A stretch of DNA of 64,000 nucleotides from a virus, in IMG/VR virus record IMGVR_UViG_3300021963_000041, positions 32,001 to 96,000 of that record; one strand, written 5' to 3'. The notes beneath the pieces were generated by a model. That model did not search any database, had not been told where the DNA came from, and was given only the letters and a program-made list of their open reading frames with translations. Within the stretch, counting starts at the first letter, position 1. Each line of letters starts with the position of its first letter. Below are positions 53,300 to 63,720 of the stretch, piece by piece. The position numbers and the translations under genes are program-made.

Positions 53300-56200
53300 T
53301 TATGGTGCGGATGCTGAATCCGGCATTAAAAAGTATCTTGTGTTATTTGTATTTTTTCCTTCTGCAAATATCACGCCCCATCTAGAATAGCTGTTGATTG
53401 GTGTTTCTAAATCGAAGTAGTAAATACCGGTACCAACTGTTCCAGGGATAGCCGAATCCTTTGCATATAAATAGTATTCACCACTAGTTCCTACAGTGTC
53501 TGGTGGAACGCCATCATACATACTCACTGGCTTACTACCTAAGTTTGATGCTGATGGGAATATGATTAACAATCTATTTGCTGTTGCACTAAAGTTAATA
53601 TAACCTAGAGTTGATACCCCTGAGCTGTTCGAATCGGATAGTACCGATAAAGATGCTGTTTTGAATAATGTAGCTGTTCCTCCAACGTAAGCTGGAGTAA
53701 ATGAGGATGAACCGATTGATCCACTTTGGAACATAGCAATCAACGAACCACTAGTAATAACACCACCGGTGTCACCCATACTAGCTAGAGTGTTAGTTTC
53801 ATTTGTTCCTGATCCTCCAGTCCAACCATACACATAAGTCTTACCAACCGGTTGGGCTATTGTTAATGTTCTAGTATATGTTGTCGATTTTCCATGCACA
53901 TCAAATACACTAGCTGTATAGGCTACAGTACTTGCTGTAACAAATGTTGATGTGTTTTGAAGAACATATGATGAAGAGTTTGCATTTTGTGGAACAAGTT
54001 TTAAACTACCAGCTGTACCACCGCTCAATGAAGCAGAGTATGGTGTATCGGATTCTGTATCTGTTATAGACATACTCACTAATCCAGTGTTAGCACTTAT
54101 TGATGCTGTTAGATTTGCTGGTATATCTGTAAATGTTGCAGTTGGTGCAAAGTTCTGCGCTACGTTTATTGTTACGTTTCCACTTCCAATATTATTATAC
54201 TGATCACGGAATGTTATTGTTGATGTGATTGTCTGTCCACTGGTGTAAGAGCCACTTACATTTTGAGCAATACTCAATGCTCCCGCACTTGTTACATTTA
54301 CTAATGCGTTAGATGATGTGAATGATTGAACCAATTGTGATCCGTAGTTTGGTGAGTATGTTACATCTAGATCGCCTTGAGTTCCAGTTCTACCATTTGA
54401 GTTTGTATAAATCAACGCTCCACTTCTTGCTGTCTCAATCACATAGAAAGTACCATTTGTGGTTAATGTTCCGGTACCGGCTTGAGCAATAGTAAATGAG
54501 CTGCTCTCTGTATTTGTTCTAAAACCATGCACATCCTTAATGCTGGCAGTATATCTGTATAAAGTAGAACCACTCAAGCTATTTTTTGCTTGAATATAAT
54601 AAGCACTACCACTCTGAACCGCATTCAGTTGACCACTTGGATCGGTAAGTGTAAATGATGAGAGGTTTACAGTATCACCTTCTGTATCAGAGAATGATAA
54701 TGTCACCATTGTACTACCTGATGTAGCTAAGTTAGTATTTTGGCTAGTACTCTTATCTGTAAACACAATATCTGGAGCATTGTTGATAGCAACATTTACT
54801 GTGAGATTAACATATTGTTTTGTTGTTTCAAACGCATGCTCAGACGCTGTTAAGTAAACACCGATAGTATTATCACCGTTAAAGGACCAAGCTGATCCAC
54901 TAACATTATTTTTCAATCTCAGATTTGTAGCAGAACCTGTCAACGAAGTTACTTCGACTAAATCCCCATCCGAAGTAACAGTCCATCTTTGCGATGCTGC
55001 AGAAGACCATTGTGCTACAGTTCCAGTTCTGCCGTTTGAGTTGGTGTATATTGATGCACCAGCTGCAGCGGATTCAATTACGTAGGTATTTGTCCAGTTG
55101 TTTGTAACCACACTTGTAGCATCCGGATCAATTGGGATAGTGATTAGTCCGGTGTCTGTTGTGTTGTTATAGGAATCTCTAACTGACACCTGATACACAT
55201 ATCTATCTGCCACATCAGAGTTTAAATAAATTCCAGTTTTACGTGTTACAGTTCCACTAGAGTTGCATTGAAATGGATCTGCATGCGGATTGTAAAGAGA
55301 GGTACCTCCTAACGAAGATGTGATATTAGTACCTACCGAATTTAGATAAGCCGATACAAGTGTAAAGTTGGAAAAAGTTATTGTATCACCCTCGGTATCT
55401 GTTGCAGAGATAACTCCTACAGTCGTACCGTCGGCTGAGTTTTCATTGATTGCTGTGAGTGATTGATCATTCACTGTGGGAGCAATATTATCAACAACTC
55501 GAATAGCAATCGGCAATGCTGTGATTGATGTTGTACTGTCTCCACTAGTGTAGTGCTGATCTTGAGCTGTAAATGATAGGGTATAGGCTGTTGTGGTTTC
55601 GTAATCCAATGAAGCTGTTGTCTGGTGTACTGCTACGTAAGTAGCTGCTAACGATGCCGAAAAGCCGGATGGCATACTTCCAGTATTTATAGAGATTGTG
55701 TCAGACTCAGCATCCGTAAAGTACAACCTAAATTTCTCACCACTAGTTGAATTTTCATTTAGTGATGCTGTATAGTTTGATATAATAGCACCAGAAGTTG
55801 AAGTTTGTCTCCAAGATGGTGCTGTATTTGGATTAACGCGGATATAGATTGTCTTAGAACCTACACCGTTAAAGGTATCAACTGCTTCTATCAAGAATGG
55901 ATGTGATCCAGAGCCTGGTGTCATATCCGTATTCATTGATGCGGTAGATTTTGTATTTAGTGTAATCTCTCCTCCTGACGATATTTTGAAAAAACCTGCA
56001 GTGTATGCACTCGCTGTTCTGAATGTGATTGCTTGACCTTCAGCATCTACAGCTGATACCGTACCAACTACAGAACCACTCACTTCATATTCTTGAATTG
56101 TGAATCCCGTAGATGTGATGTTAGGAACACTGTTTGGAAAAAACACCTTCTCAATGAAGTTGCTTAATGATCCACTAGTCCCGTAATTAACATTATATAC

Positions 56201-56464
56201 TCCAGATGGAAGATTGGTATTAGATACGATTCTGTTACCATCAAATGATGTTAGTGGATTTGTGGATTGCGATAAAGCAACATCTTGACCAGCAAACCCC
56301 AGTGCCACCATTGAGGCTGATATGAAAATTGGATCAACGTAAGAAGCTGTGTTTGCAATGCTAGCACTGACTGCATAACTAGCACTGAGCGTATAACTCG
56401 CACTAAGTGCATAACTCGCACTTGCAACACTTCCTGATATCTGTTCTCCTCTTATTAAAGCCAT
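53300..56464 (-). CDS. large virion protein with cadherin-like repeats
   Basis: Repeated NE.S..G..VG.+.A.D.EGD, LDYE and N.AP motifs of bacterial cadherin/Ig-like domains. Confidence 0.7.
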   Translation of the reverse strand: MALIRGEQISGSVASASYALSASYTLSASYAVSASIANTASYVDPIFISASMVALGFAGQDVALSQSTNPLTSFDGNRIVSNTNLPSGVYNVNYGTSGSLSNFIEKVFFPNSVPNITSTGFTIQEYEVSGSVVGTVSAVDAEGQAITFRTASAYTAGFFKISSGGEITLNTKSTASMNTDMTPGSGSHPFLIEAVDTFNGVGSKTIYIRVNPNTAPSWRQTSTSGAIISNYTASLNENSTSGEKFRLYFTDAESDTISINTGSMPSGFSASLAATYVAVHQTTASLDYETTTAYTLSFTAQDQHYTSGDSTTSITALPIAIRVVDNIAPTVNDQSLTAINENSADGTTVGVISATDTEGDTITFSNFTLVSAYLNSVGTNITSSLGGTSLYNPHADPFQCNSSGTVTRKTGIYLNSDVADRYVYQVSVRDSYNNTTDTGLITIPIDPDATSVVTNNWTNTYVIESAAAGASIYTNSNGRTGTVAQWSSAASQRWTVTSDGDLVEVTSLTGSATNLRLKNNVSGSAWSFNGDNTIGVYLTASEHAFETTKQYVNLTVNVAINNAPDIVFTDKSTSQNTNLATSGSTMVTLSFSDTEGDTVNLSSFTLTDPSGQLNAVQSGSAYYIQAKNSLSGSTLYRYTASIKDVHGFRTNTESSSFTIAQAGTGTLTTNGTFYVIETARSGALIYTNSNGRTGTQGDLDVTYSPNYGSQLVQSFTSSNALVNVTSAGALSIAQNVSGSYTSGQTITSTITFRDQYNNIGSGNVTINVAQNFAPTATFTDIPANLTASISANTGLVSMSITDTESDTPYSASLSGGTAGSLKLVPQNANSSSYVLQNTSTFVTASTVAYTASVFDVHGKSTTYTRTLTIAQPVGKTYVYGWTGGSGTNETNTLASMGDTGGVITSGSLIAMFQSGSIGSSSFTPAYVGGTATLFKTASLSVLSDSNSSGVSTLGYINFSATANRLLIIFPSASNLGSKPVSMYDGVPPDTVGTSGEYYLYAKDSAIPGTVGTGIYYFDLETPINSYSRWGVIFAEGKNTNNTRYFLMPDSASAP

Positions 56465-57666
56465 TATACAAATTTTCCTACTGCGACAACCTCATCAGTT
56501 GTTGCTAATGTAAATCCTAATTGTGATGTGTTTAATACCAATGTACATACTCCTGATGATTCTGTGAAGCTTGTTATTGCTGCCGGTTCTACATAGATAC
56601 CGTTCACTAAGAATTGGAAGTTGTTAACACCAGTAGCCGGTAATCCTGATGGTGCTGTTAAGAATGTTGCCGTAAAGTATACTGTATCTGGTACGGATAC
56701 CGAGGTTCCAACTAGTGCCTTGTTTGCTGCTAGGTAAGCAACTGTAGTGGCATCTGTCAAAGATAGTGGGTTGATTGCTGTTCTCACTGTAGGTTCTGTA
56801 AAAGATAATGCACCTGCGCCACCACTTATAGTTGATGTTTCGGTTTCTTGGTAGATTGCAGGATCGGCATCTGGTGTAGTCTCTATTGTGAATTGACGAG
56901 TATCAAAAGCTTTCTCTGAATACTTGTTACTCAACTCTTTAACCAGAACATCAGGAACAATGTGTCCAAACAAGGTTATTTGGAAAGTCGTTCTTACAAT
57001 TCGATCTGCTTCCTGCAGTACATCTGTTGTGTTTGTAAAGCTGTCAATTTTTGTTCTAAACTTGAATCGCTCCATATCACCCCAGTAAGCACCTTCCGAG
57101 TATATGATTGATTCAACAATTGAGTTCATTCCTTCAATGTAATCTGTCCAAACAACCACATCGTAAGTAATGTCGACGTAATCAGGCACTACTGTGTTTA
57201 TGTATGATTTGATTGGTTTACTATTTGTTAAAACACTAAACTGATCGTACTTGTTAACTTGTGAGTATTTGACTTCTTGTGTTTGATATAGTTGTGGAAA
57301 GTTGGCGTCTACTTTATTAGCTAACATACGATTTTTAGTAATCGCTGTTCTTTTGTAAGCTATTAGTGGAGATTGAATCTTTCCCTCCTTATCGCGAAAG
57401 TACCCATCTGCTTGTAAGTTCTTCCACTTTTCTGGCGAACCGTATATTACAGGGACTTTAACTTTTACTCCATTTTCTACAATGTATGGTTTGATTACGT
57501 TTTCAAAATAAAACTGAATAGCATAGTCTATATCAAATAGACCAACAGAAAGCCCCTTCAGCGTATCGTCGTCACGTCTGATATCATTATGACGCTTGAA
57601 CTCACTGTTTTCTGAACCCTTACTAAGTTCGTACTGTGTTTTAGGTAGTTGCTTTCTTGTATACAT
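56464..57666 (-). CDS. tail terminator / sheath stabiliser (gp15-like)
   Basis: VPVIYGSPEKW, P.+..Y...+W...+..MN.+VE; position after neck genes. Confidence 0.65.
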   Translation of the reverse strand: MYTRKQLPKTQYELSKGSENSEFKRHNDIRRDDDTLKGLSVGLFDIDYAIQFYFENVIKPYIVENGVKVKVPVIYGSPEKWKNLQADGYFRDKEGKIQSPLIAYKRTAITKNRMLANKVDANFPQLYQTQEVKYSQVNKYDQFSVLTNSKPIKSYINTVVPDYVDITYDVVVWTDYIEGMNSIVESIIYSEGAYWGDMERFKFRTKIDSFTNTTDVLQEADRIVRTTFQITLFGHIVPDVLVKELSNKYSEKAFDTRQFTIETTPDADPAIYQETETSTISGGAGALSFTEPTVRTAINPLSLTDATTVAYLAANKALVGTSVSVPDTVYFTATFLTAPSGLPATGVNNFQFLVNGIYVEPAAITSFTESSGVCTLVLNTSQLGFTLATTDEVVAVGKFV

Positions 57667-58175
57667 TAAACTCTACTCTTTACTATTTGCAATCTTGAAA
57701 CTCTAGTCATATGTCCAACACATAGTATGCTTAAACTTTCACCAAACTCTGAACCAACACTCTTTCCATAGTCGTTATCTTTTCCAGCAATAAACTGGTT
57801 TTCGTTTATTTGATCTAGCTCGTAGAAGTTACCTCGAACTTCAACAATATCGCCACCTGCTGGTACTAGGTTGATTTCTCTCAGTTTTGGTTTTAAAAAC
57901 CTAAACGTCATTGTCTGAATAACGTCTAACCCAAACTGATCATCAGCTACATAGGTTTGATCTCCTCTTTCTATTAAGCACGTCACTCGAACTGCTGTAT
58001 AGTAAGTTTTTTGACCTGATGCTTCTCCGTATAAATTAGAAGCAACATCTTTTGCTTTTGTCTCTGGTAGAAAATACTTGTAATAATCCACCTCTTGCTG
58101 AATTACATTGTCTAGTAACTCACCATTAACCTTTTTAATAAAGCTTATATCCCGACTACTTCCAAATAATGCCAT
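57666..58175 (-). CDS. neck / head-closure protein (gp14-like)
   Basis: NLYGE, FG.D, P..GD++...G.+YE; position. Confidence 0.6.
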   Translation of the reverse strand: MALFGSSRDISFIKKVNGELLDNVIQQEVDYYKYFLPETKAKDVASNLYGEASGQKTYYTAVRVTCLIERGDQTYVADDQFGLDVIQTMTFRFLKPKLREINLVPAGGDIVEVRGNFYELDQINENQFIAGKDNDYGKSVGSEFGESLSILCVGHMTRVSRLQIVKSRV

Positions 58176-59350
58176 TACTTAACGTATATGTAAAGTGGTA
58201 CTTTTGATAATTGTGTTTGCATAGCAGTTGCTATTGCTGACTCTTGTTCCATCTGACCTTGTCTAGTCATACTTTGTAGTAATTCTTTCAAGTCTGTAAG
58301 TAATGTGGTTTTATCTTCACGACCTTGAGCTAATAAATCAGTTCCGTTAAGAGTTGTCTCTGCTCCTGGAATAGGTACGGTTGTATATTTTCCTCGAACT
58401 AGACCCAACATTTCTTTTGCAGTTGCTAGCGTGTATTTGTAAATCCACTGAACACCTACGTCTTTGATTTTATTGAACTCAATTCTGCTGTAAGGTACAT
58501 TACTCAAATCGCTGATTGATCCAGTTGGAGTTTGTAGTGGATTATTTCTATCATTAGTAACCACATACTCAAACCAAAGTTTGTAATCAGCTGTTGGAAT
58601 GGGATATAGACTCAGTTTATTATTTCTCAATTCAAAAGAGTAGTTAGACTTACGAATCGTATCATTTAATTCAATAGCCTGCATACGAAGCAAATCCGCA
58701 TACAATGGCATCACCATAAACGATACTGCAGGTGAGTATGATCCCCAACCAAAACTATCTAATAGTTGTTGAGTTCCTGCTCCAGTTCCTACATAAGGGT
58801 CAAAGTATCTTACGATAGCTGGCGTAAAGTCATGATAAACTCTTTTGATTTCAATCGCGTTTCCTGACTCACTAACATTAGCCCATAATGTGTCTAAGTC
58901 ATAGCTTTGCGATCCAGCAACAAGATTGATGTAGCCTTTTTTCCAATCAACGTTACCACCAGTACCAGTTTCCGATCCATAATTTTTAGCTAACTCAATT
59001 GTACGTCCCATGTTGGGAGATATAGTTCGCTGTGATAGTTGATTTGAAGTTGAGGTACCTTGCAAAGTTAGCATATAGTCCTTTGCATTAAACATATTCA
59101 CTTGAGTGCTAAATTCAGTCACTGCTTCCTCAAAAGCAGTAAAGAAGTTAATATCTTGCAATTCAACTTCCATTATAGGATAGCCTAATCTGCGTGCACA
59201 CCAGTCTGCTACTTTATCAGCTTCAGTCTTGAATACAACATCTCCGTCATAATAACCAAAAGCTGTAGGTCTTACTGTAGATGATCCTGTGTAAAATGAA
59301 GCGGATAGTGTTGCAAACGAACTGGATCCTGGCCAAATTGGTATGTTCAT
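58175..59350 (-). CDS. neck protein (gp13-like head-tail adaptor)
   Basis: RRLGYP++EVEL, W+.KYTLA.AKE.LG.VRGKY..+P.PG....LNG. Confidence 0.8.
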   Translation of the reverse strand: MNIPIWPGSSSFATLSASFYTGSSTVRPTAFGYYDGDVVFKTEADKVADWCARRLGYPIMEVELQDINFFTAFEEAVTEFSTQVNMFNAKDYMLTLQGTSTSNQLSQRTISPNMGRTIELAKNYGSETGTGGNVDWKKGYINLVAGSQSYDLDTLWANVSESGNAIEIKRVYHDFTPAIVRYFDPYVGTGAGTQQLLDSFGWGSYSPAVSFMVMPLYADLLRMQAIELNDTIRKSNYSFELRNNKLSLYPIPTADYKLWFEYVVTNDRNNPLQTPTGSISDLSNVPYSRIEFNKIKDVGVQWIYKYTLATAKEMLGLVRGKYTTVPIPGAETTLNGTDLLAQGREDKTTLLTDLKELLQSMTRQGQMEQESAIATAMQTQLSKVPLYIYVK

Positions 59351-59390
59351 GTGTAGCTACTTTGTAATAAATAGTTGTGATTTGTATTTA

Positions 59391-59421
59391 AAAGAAAAGC
59401 TGACCGTATTGGGCCAGCTTT
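59391..59421 (-). terminator. intrinsic terminator after phoH
   Basis: AAAAGCTG...CAGCTTTT hairpin with T-rich tail. Confidence 0.65.
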
Positions 59422-59444
59422 TATATCTTTATATTCTGGTGTCA

Positions 59445-60137
59445 TTAGATGTCTCGATAATCGGAGTAAATCTTTAACACCTCTTCCACAATTTCATGTC
59501 TATGGTTGGTCTTGAGAGATACTATCTTAACACCCTTAATGTTTTCTTCTAACCGAACAAAGAAGCCAATACCCGAGTCTTTCTTTTGCTTCAAGTCAAT
59601 CTGAGCTAAGTCTCCACAAAACACCATCTTACCACCACGACCTAGACGACCTAGCATCATCTCAGTCTGACCATGTGTGATATTCTGACATTCGTCAACT
59701 AACACAAACGTGTTCGGGAAAGTTCGACCTCTCATGAATGCAAATGGTACAATCTCAATATGCCCCTCTTGAACCATTTTATCAATACCCTCCTTGTTGT
59801 AAAGCATATACAAGTTAGCATAGATTGGAGCTAGCCATGGATCCATTTTCTCCTTTAGATCACCTGGTAAGAATCCAATATCCTCCTTTGCTACCGTTGG
59901 TCTTGTTATTACAATTTTTTCAATCTCCCTCTTAAAGAACATATCTAAAGCAGTTTGACACGCTACTAGCGTTTTACCACTACCTGCCATTCCTTTTAGA
60001 AGTGTGATTGGATTTTCAAAGATTATTGACTTAGCAGACTTCTGCTCTTCATTCAATTCGATCTTGAATTTAACTGGGTTTTTCGGCTTTCTTTTTTCCA
60101 AGTTGCTTAACTTTTTAGCCGGTTGTGGTTGGTCCAT
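59445..60137 (-). CDS. phoH: PhoH-like ATPase
   Basis: GMAGSGKT, TRP, GFLPG, FMRGRT, DECQN, GD..Q.D, HRH. Confidence 0.95.
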   Translation of the reverse strand: MDQPQPAKKLSNLEKRKPKNPVKFKIELNEEQKSAKSIIFENPITLLKGMAGSGKTLVACQTALDMFFKREIEKIVITRPTVAKEDIGFLPGDLKEKMDPWLAPIYANLYMLYNKEGIDKMVQEGHIEIVPFAFMRGRTFPNTFVLVDECQNITHGQTEMMLGRLGRGGKMVFCGDLAQIDLKQKKDSGIGFFVRLEENIKGVKIVSLKTNHRHEIVEEVLKIYSDYRDI

Positions 60138-60192
60138 GTCATATGGTATAACTGATGAATAACTTTGTCCTTAATAAATAGTTTCGGGCAAC

Positions 60193-60223
60193 AAAAAAGC
60201 CCCTCTTTTGGAGGGGCTCTTTT
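60193..60223 (-). terminator. intrinsic terminator after major capsid gene
   Basis: AGCCCCTC-caaaa-GAGGGGCT-TTTTT on minus strand. Confidence 0.85.
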
Positions 60224-60241
60224 TACCTATTCGTGATTAGA

Positions 60242-61852
60242 TTAGATGTTGTTCAATTGACCAACATAAACTTTACCATAGAACTCAGGACGAGTAACAA
60301 CTTTCGCGTAGCGAGTCATCACACCACGACGTGGGATGAAGTTGTTAGGATCGTACACTAGAGGAGTAAGCATTAATGGAACGTAAGGAGCATAAACTGC
60401 ACCAGTTTCCAAGAATTGGTTACCTCTGAAGCCCATCAATACAGTGTTTTCTTGCATGTAAGGGTTTTTGTACACTTGGTAGCGGCTAGTTAAAGCACCT
60501 ACTTTTTGAACACCCATTGCATACTTCATTTTCTCACCATCACCATCTGCAGCATATCCAGGGATAGACTCAAGAATAGTAGACACGTTAGGAGAACATA
60601 CTAGGAAGTTTGCACCACCACGTAATGTCTTAGCGTGAATTTGGTTAGAAACTTTTTGCAATTTAGTTCCTAGAGTAGAGAACCAAGTACCTTGTACATA
60701 TGCGTTACCGCTTACGTTAGGATCAGCAATGAATGCAGAACCATTCCAAACCTCGTTTGTACGTGCAGACCAGTATTCAGTAGTGTCAGCAGCAGCGATC
60801 AACATATCTAGGATCTCTAAGTCAATTTCCATAGAAACGTACTCAGATAACATAGCTGTTAATTCAGCTTCAGCATCTACAGAGTGGTATGCGTTAAGGT
60901 CTTGTGCAAATTCTGGAGTCCAGCTTGCTTTCAACTTACGAGTCTTAGCAGTCACTGGAATAGAACGCATTTGCAATTCGATCTCAGGGATGTTAAGGTT
61001 GGTATCTAATGTACGGCCGTTAGCAGTTTCGAAGTCGCTACGAGCGTCATTAGTAGGTTGGATAGAGTAGCTAACAGCAGCAGTTGCCCATGAACCAGTT
61101 GTGATAGCAGAGTTTGCTACAACGAAGATCAAGTCGTTACCAGACTTCTTAGTGAATGCAGGGAAGTATCCAGTACCAGCAGTTAATGCAGTTGAACCAG
61201 AGAATGGTTGGAATGCACGAACAGCGTATTGGTCAGCTTTAGATTCAGTAGCGAAGAATCCTGTGAAAGTCACAGTACGGTAGCTAGAAAGTGAACCAGT
61301 AAAGTCACCATCGTAGTTAACAGAAGCAGCAGTAGCTGAACCTGAAGTTACGAACAATGCACCTGGGTTTGCAGATACTACACCATTAGATGAGAATCCG
61401 AAACGACCTGCACCATAAAGACCATCTTTAGGAGCACCAGTACCGTTAGTAACACCCTGAAGTGTACCAGTTTGGTTTTGACCAGTTGGATCGTATCCAA
61501 AAGGAGCTTTGTTAGTACCATATTTGAAGTCTAAGTAGAATACTAGACCAGAAGGTAAGTTCATTGGCTGAACGCTAACGAATTCTTTAGCTGAAATCTC
61601 AGCAAAGATACGACGTACCAATGGAAGAGCTACACCGTGGTATTGCTCATATCCGCTTGTACCTTGTCCTGCAGTAGATACAGATCCTTCTTTAATTAAT
61701 TGTTTTGCTTGGTTTTCCAAAAGGACAGCAACGGTTGATTTCTCGTTGTTCCCTTTCAAACCTTCTAAAAGGCCAGTTTTTGACCATTTAGAAATCAACG
61801 GCTTAACCTCTTGGGCGCGGTTGACATTTCCTAGGTTTTCGAATAAATTCAT
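60242..61852 (-). CDS. major capsid protein (T4 gp23-like)
   Basis: KW...GLLE, LLENQ, PLVRR, VQPM..PSGL+F, AKTRKLKA.WT.E.AQDL.A.H, EID.EI, YAPY+PL, TRY. Confidence 0.96.
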   Translation of the reverse strand: MNLFENLGNVNRAQEVKPLISKWSKTGLLEGLKGNNEKSTVAVLLENQAKQLIKEGSVSTAGQGTSGYEQYHGVALPLVRRIFAEISAKEFVSVQPMNLPSGLVFYLDFKYGTNKAPFGYDPTGQNQTGTLQGVTNGTGAPKDGLYGAGRFGFSSNGVVSANPGALFVTSGSATAASVNYDGDFTGSLSSYRTVTFTGFFATESKADQYAVRAFQPFSGSTALTAGTGYFPAFTKKSGNDLIFVVANSAITTGSWATAAVSYSIQPTNDARSDFETANGRTLDTNLNIPEIELQMRSIPVTAKTRKLKASWTPEFAQDLNAYHSVDAEAELTAMLSEYVSMEIDLEILDMLIAAADTTEYWSARTNEVWNGSAFIADPNVSGNAYVQGTWFSTLGTKLQKVSNQIHAKTLRGGANFLVCSPNVSTILESIPGYAADGDGEKMKYAMGVQKVGALTSRYQVYKNPYMQENTVLMGFRGNQFLETGAVYAPYVPLMLTPLVYDPNNFIPRRGVMTRYAKVVTRPEFYGKVYVGQLNNI

Positions 61853-61872
61853 TTTTTGTTTTGTTAAAGGGT

Positions 61873-62901
61873 TTATTTGTTGTAGTTAACCAATGATTTG
61901 AAACGGTTTACGATATCATTGCTTTCAGTGATGATCTTAGTCTTCTTCTGTGGAGCAGATGCAAGACCTTCAGTCATTCTTTTCTTAGGTGCAGCAGTAG
62001 CTTTTGCTTTACCAACTGATTCAGCTAAAGTAGCATAGATCAATTTAGCTTCGCGTACGTTCTTAGCACGGTCGAATGTTTCAATGATTTTAACCTTTTG
62101 AGACTCAGTCAACTCACCTTTACGGAATAATTTGTTAACGAATAACAATTTAGCGTTGAGTAAGTTTACTTCGTTCAATTTGCTACGTAAGAATTTGATT
62201 ACACCGTAAGCTTCGTTGAGTTCAGTTTTGATTTCTTCAACTTTCTCAGTTTCTTCTTCTTCAGCTTCTTCATCTTCTTCACGCAATGCGCGGATGATTT
62301 CTTCTAGGTCAACTTCTTCGTCATCTTCACCTTCAGCACCTTCGGTCTTAGGTTCAGACTCCTCTTCTTCGTCGCCTTCTTCTTCCATCATCTTTTTCTT
62401 TTTCATTTTACCTTCGCTTTTAGGAGCTTCTTCGTACTCTTCATCTTCACCTTCTTCAAGTGATTCTTCTTCGTCCGAACCTTCTTCTTCTCCTTCAAGT
62501 TCACGTAAAATTTCTTCCAACTCTTCATCAGAAATTTCTTCTGAATCGTCAGCTGGCATTTCTTCTTCCTCAGTAGGCATTTCATCCTCTGCAGGCATTT
62601 CTTCTTCTTCAGTTGGCATCTCTTCTTCAGCAGGTTCTTCAGCAGGCATTTCATCCTCCATTTCTTCACCTTCTTCTGAAACGATTCCAGCCATTTTTCG
62701 CATTCTTGCAATTTCAGTAGTCTCTTCTTCTGCAGGTGCTTCTACTTCTTCTTCGTCTTCCATCTCTTCTTTGATTTTGTGAGATAGCATTGATTGAAGT
62801 TTAGGAGCAAATGCTTCTTCAAGAGCTGCTTTAGCGTTTGCAAGCGCAGTTTCGCGTACGGCCTTAGCGTCAGCGATAGCATCTTTTAAAAGCTTGTTCA
62901 T
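61873..62901 (-). CDS. prohead scaffolding/core protein
   Basis: Extremely Glu-rich centre with PAEEE repeats; coiled-coil ends; directly upstream of MCP. Confidence 0.75.
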   Translation of the reverse strand: MNKLLKDAIADAKAVRETALANAKAALEEAFAPKLQSMLSHKIKEEMEDEEEVEAPAEEETTEIARMRKMAGIVSEEGEEMEDEMPAEEPAEEEMPTEEEEMPAEDEMPTEEEEMPADDSEEISDEELEEILRELEGEEEGSDEEESLEEGEDEEYEEAPKSEGKMKKKKMMEEEGDEEEESEPKTEGAEGEDDEEVDLEEIIRALREEDEEAEEEETEKVEEIKTELNEAYGVIKFLRSKLNEVNLLNAKLLFVNKLFRKGELTESQKVKIIETFDRAKNVREAKLIYATLAESVGKAKATAAPKKRMTEGLASAPQKKTKIITESNDIVNRFKSLVNYNK

Positions 62902-62928
62902 CTTTATTTAATGTGGTTTTTGACTTAA

Positions 62929-62994
62929 CGTCCTATAGCTATTAGAGAGCTACAATTAGATACAATTACTAGGACGCTATAATAGGGATAGCGT
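62929..62994 (-). promoter_or_regulatory. structured 5' leader of scaffold-capsid operon
   Basis: Inverted repeats ACGCTAT/ATAGCGT and CGTCCTA/TAGGACG enclosing two small hairpins, downstream of late motif at 63003-63010. Confidence 0.45.
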
Positions 62995-63017
62995 ATTATG
63001 ATCATAAATAGTCACGC

Positions 63018-63050
63018 AAAAAGCAAAACCCACCTTGAAGGGTGGGTTCT
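63018..63050 (-). terminator. intrinsic terminator
   Basis: AACCCACC-cttcaa-GGTGGGTT-TTGCTTTTT on minus strand. Confidence 0.8.
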
Positions 63051-63069
63051 ACAAAAATTTTTTTATATA

Positions 63070-63720
63070 TTATGCGCTTTTTAGACCAACCTTACCTAAG
63101 AATGATGAAACCTCTGAGGTTTTGATGGATGCCATTGCTGCCTCAAATGCTGCAATTGAGAAGCTACCACCATGAGCTGCTCCAGTCATCGCTCCCTTGA
63201 AGGCTCCAATTGCCCCAATTCCTGAGTAGACCGCAAGCCCCGCAATAATAGTGTAATACAACATTTCTGCTGCTTTGTCTTGTGCAGTATCTCCTTCGAT
63301 ACCAGCTTTCTTAAAAATACCACTAATTTTAAGAATAAATTTCAAACCTTTGACATACGCTTTGTGCCACTTGTGAGTGAACTCGATAATGTTGTGAGCA
63401 AACTCCTCCTCTTGACCTTTTGCTTGTCCTGGCTTAACTAGCTTCTTCCATACAGCTACCAACTTGCCAACACCCTTAACAAAAAGCTCAACTACTTTAG
63501 GTAGTGCCAAGATAAATCCAATGATTGCAAATGCTCCAAGCGATTCATTCAACTTTTCCTCAGAAGATTCAACCTCTTGTTCAATCTCATCTTTATTCGA
63601 TTCGAACTCAGTTCCCAAAGCTGTAAAAGAATCTTTCATTGCAGCATCCATTGCTGCTATCATTTTTTTATCCTCTTCCTCTCTAAGGATCTGTTCAACT
63701 ATTAATCCAAGCTTTGCCAT
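63070..63720 (-). CDS. hypothetical protein with hydrophobic helices, possible ejection/internal protein
   Basis: IVEQILREEE N-terminus, LNE site, two hydrophobic segments. Confidence 0.6.
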   Translation of the reverse strand: MAKLGLIVEQILREEEDKKMIAAMDAAMKDSFTALGTEFESNKDEIEQEVESSEEKLNESLGAFAIIGFILALPKVVELFVKGVGKLVAVWKKLVKPGQAKGQEEEFAHNIIEFTHKWHKAYVKGLKFILKISGIFKKAGIEGDTAQDKAAEMLYYTIIAGLAVYSGIGAIGAFKGAMTGAAHGGSFSIAAFEAAMASIKTSEVSSFLGKVGLKSA

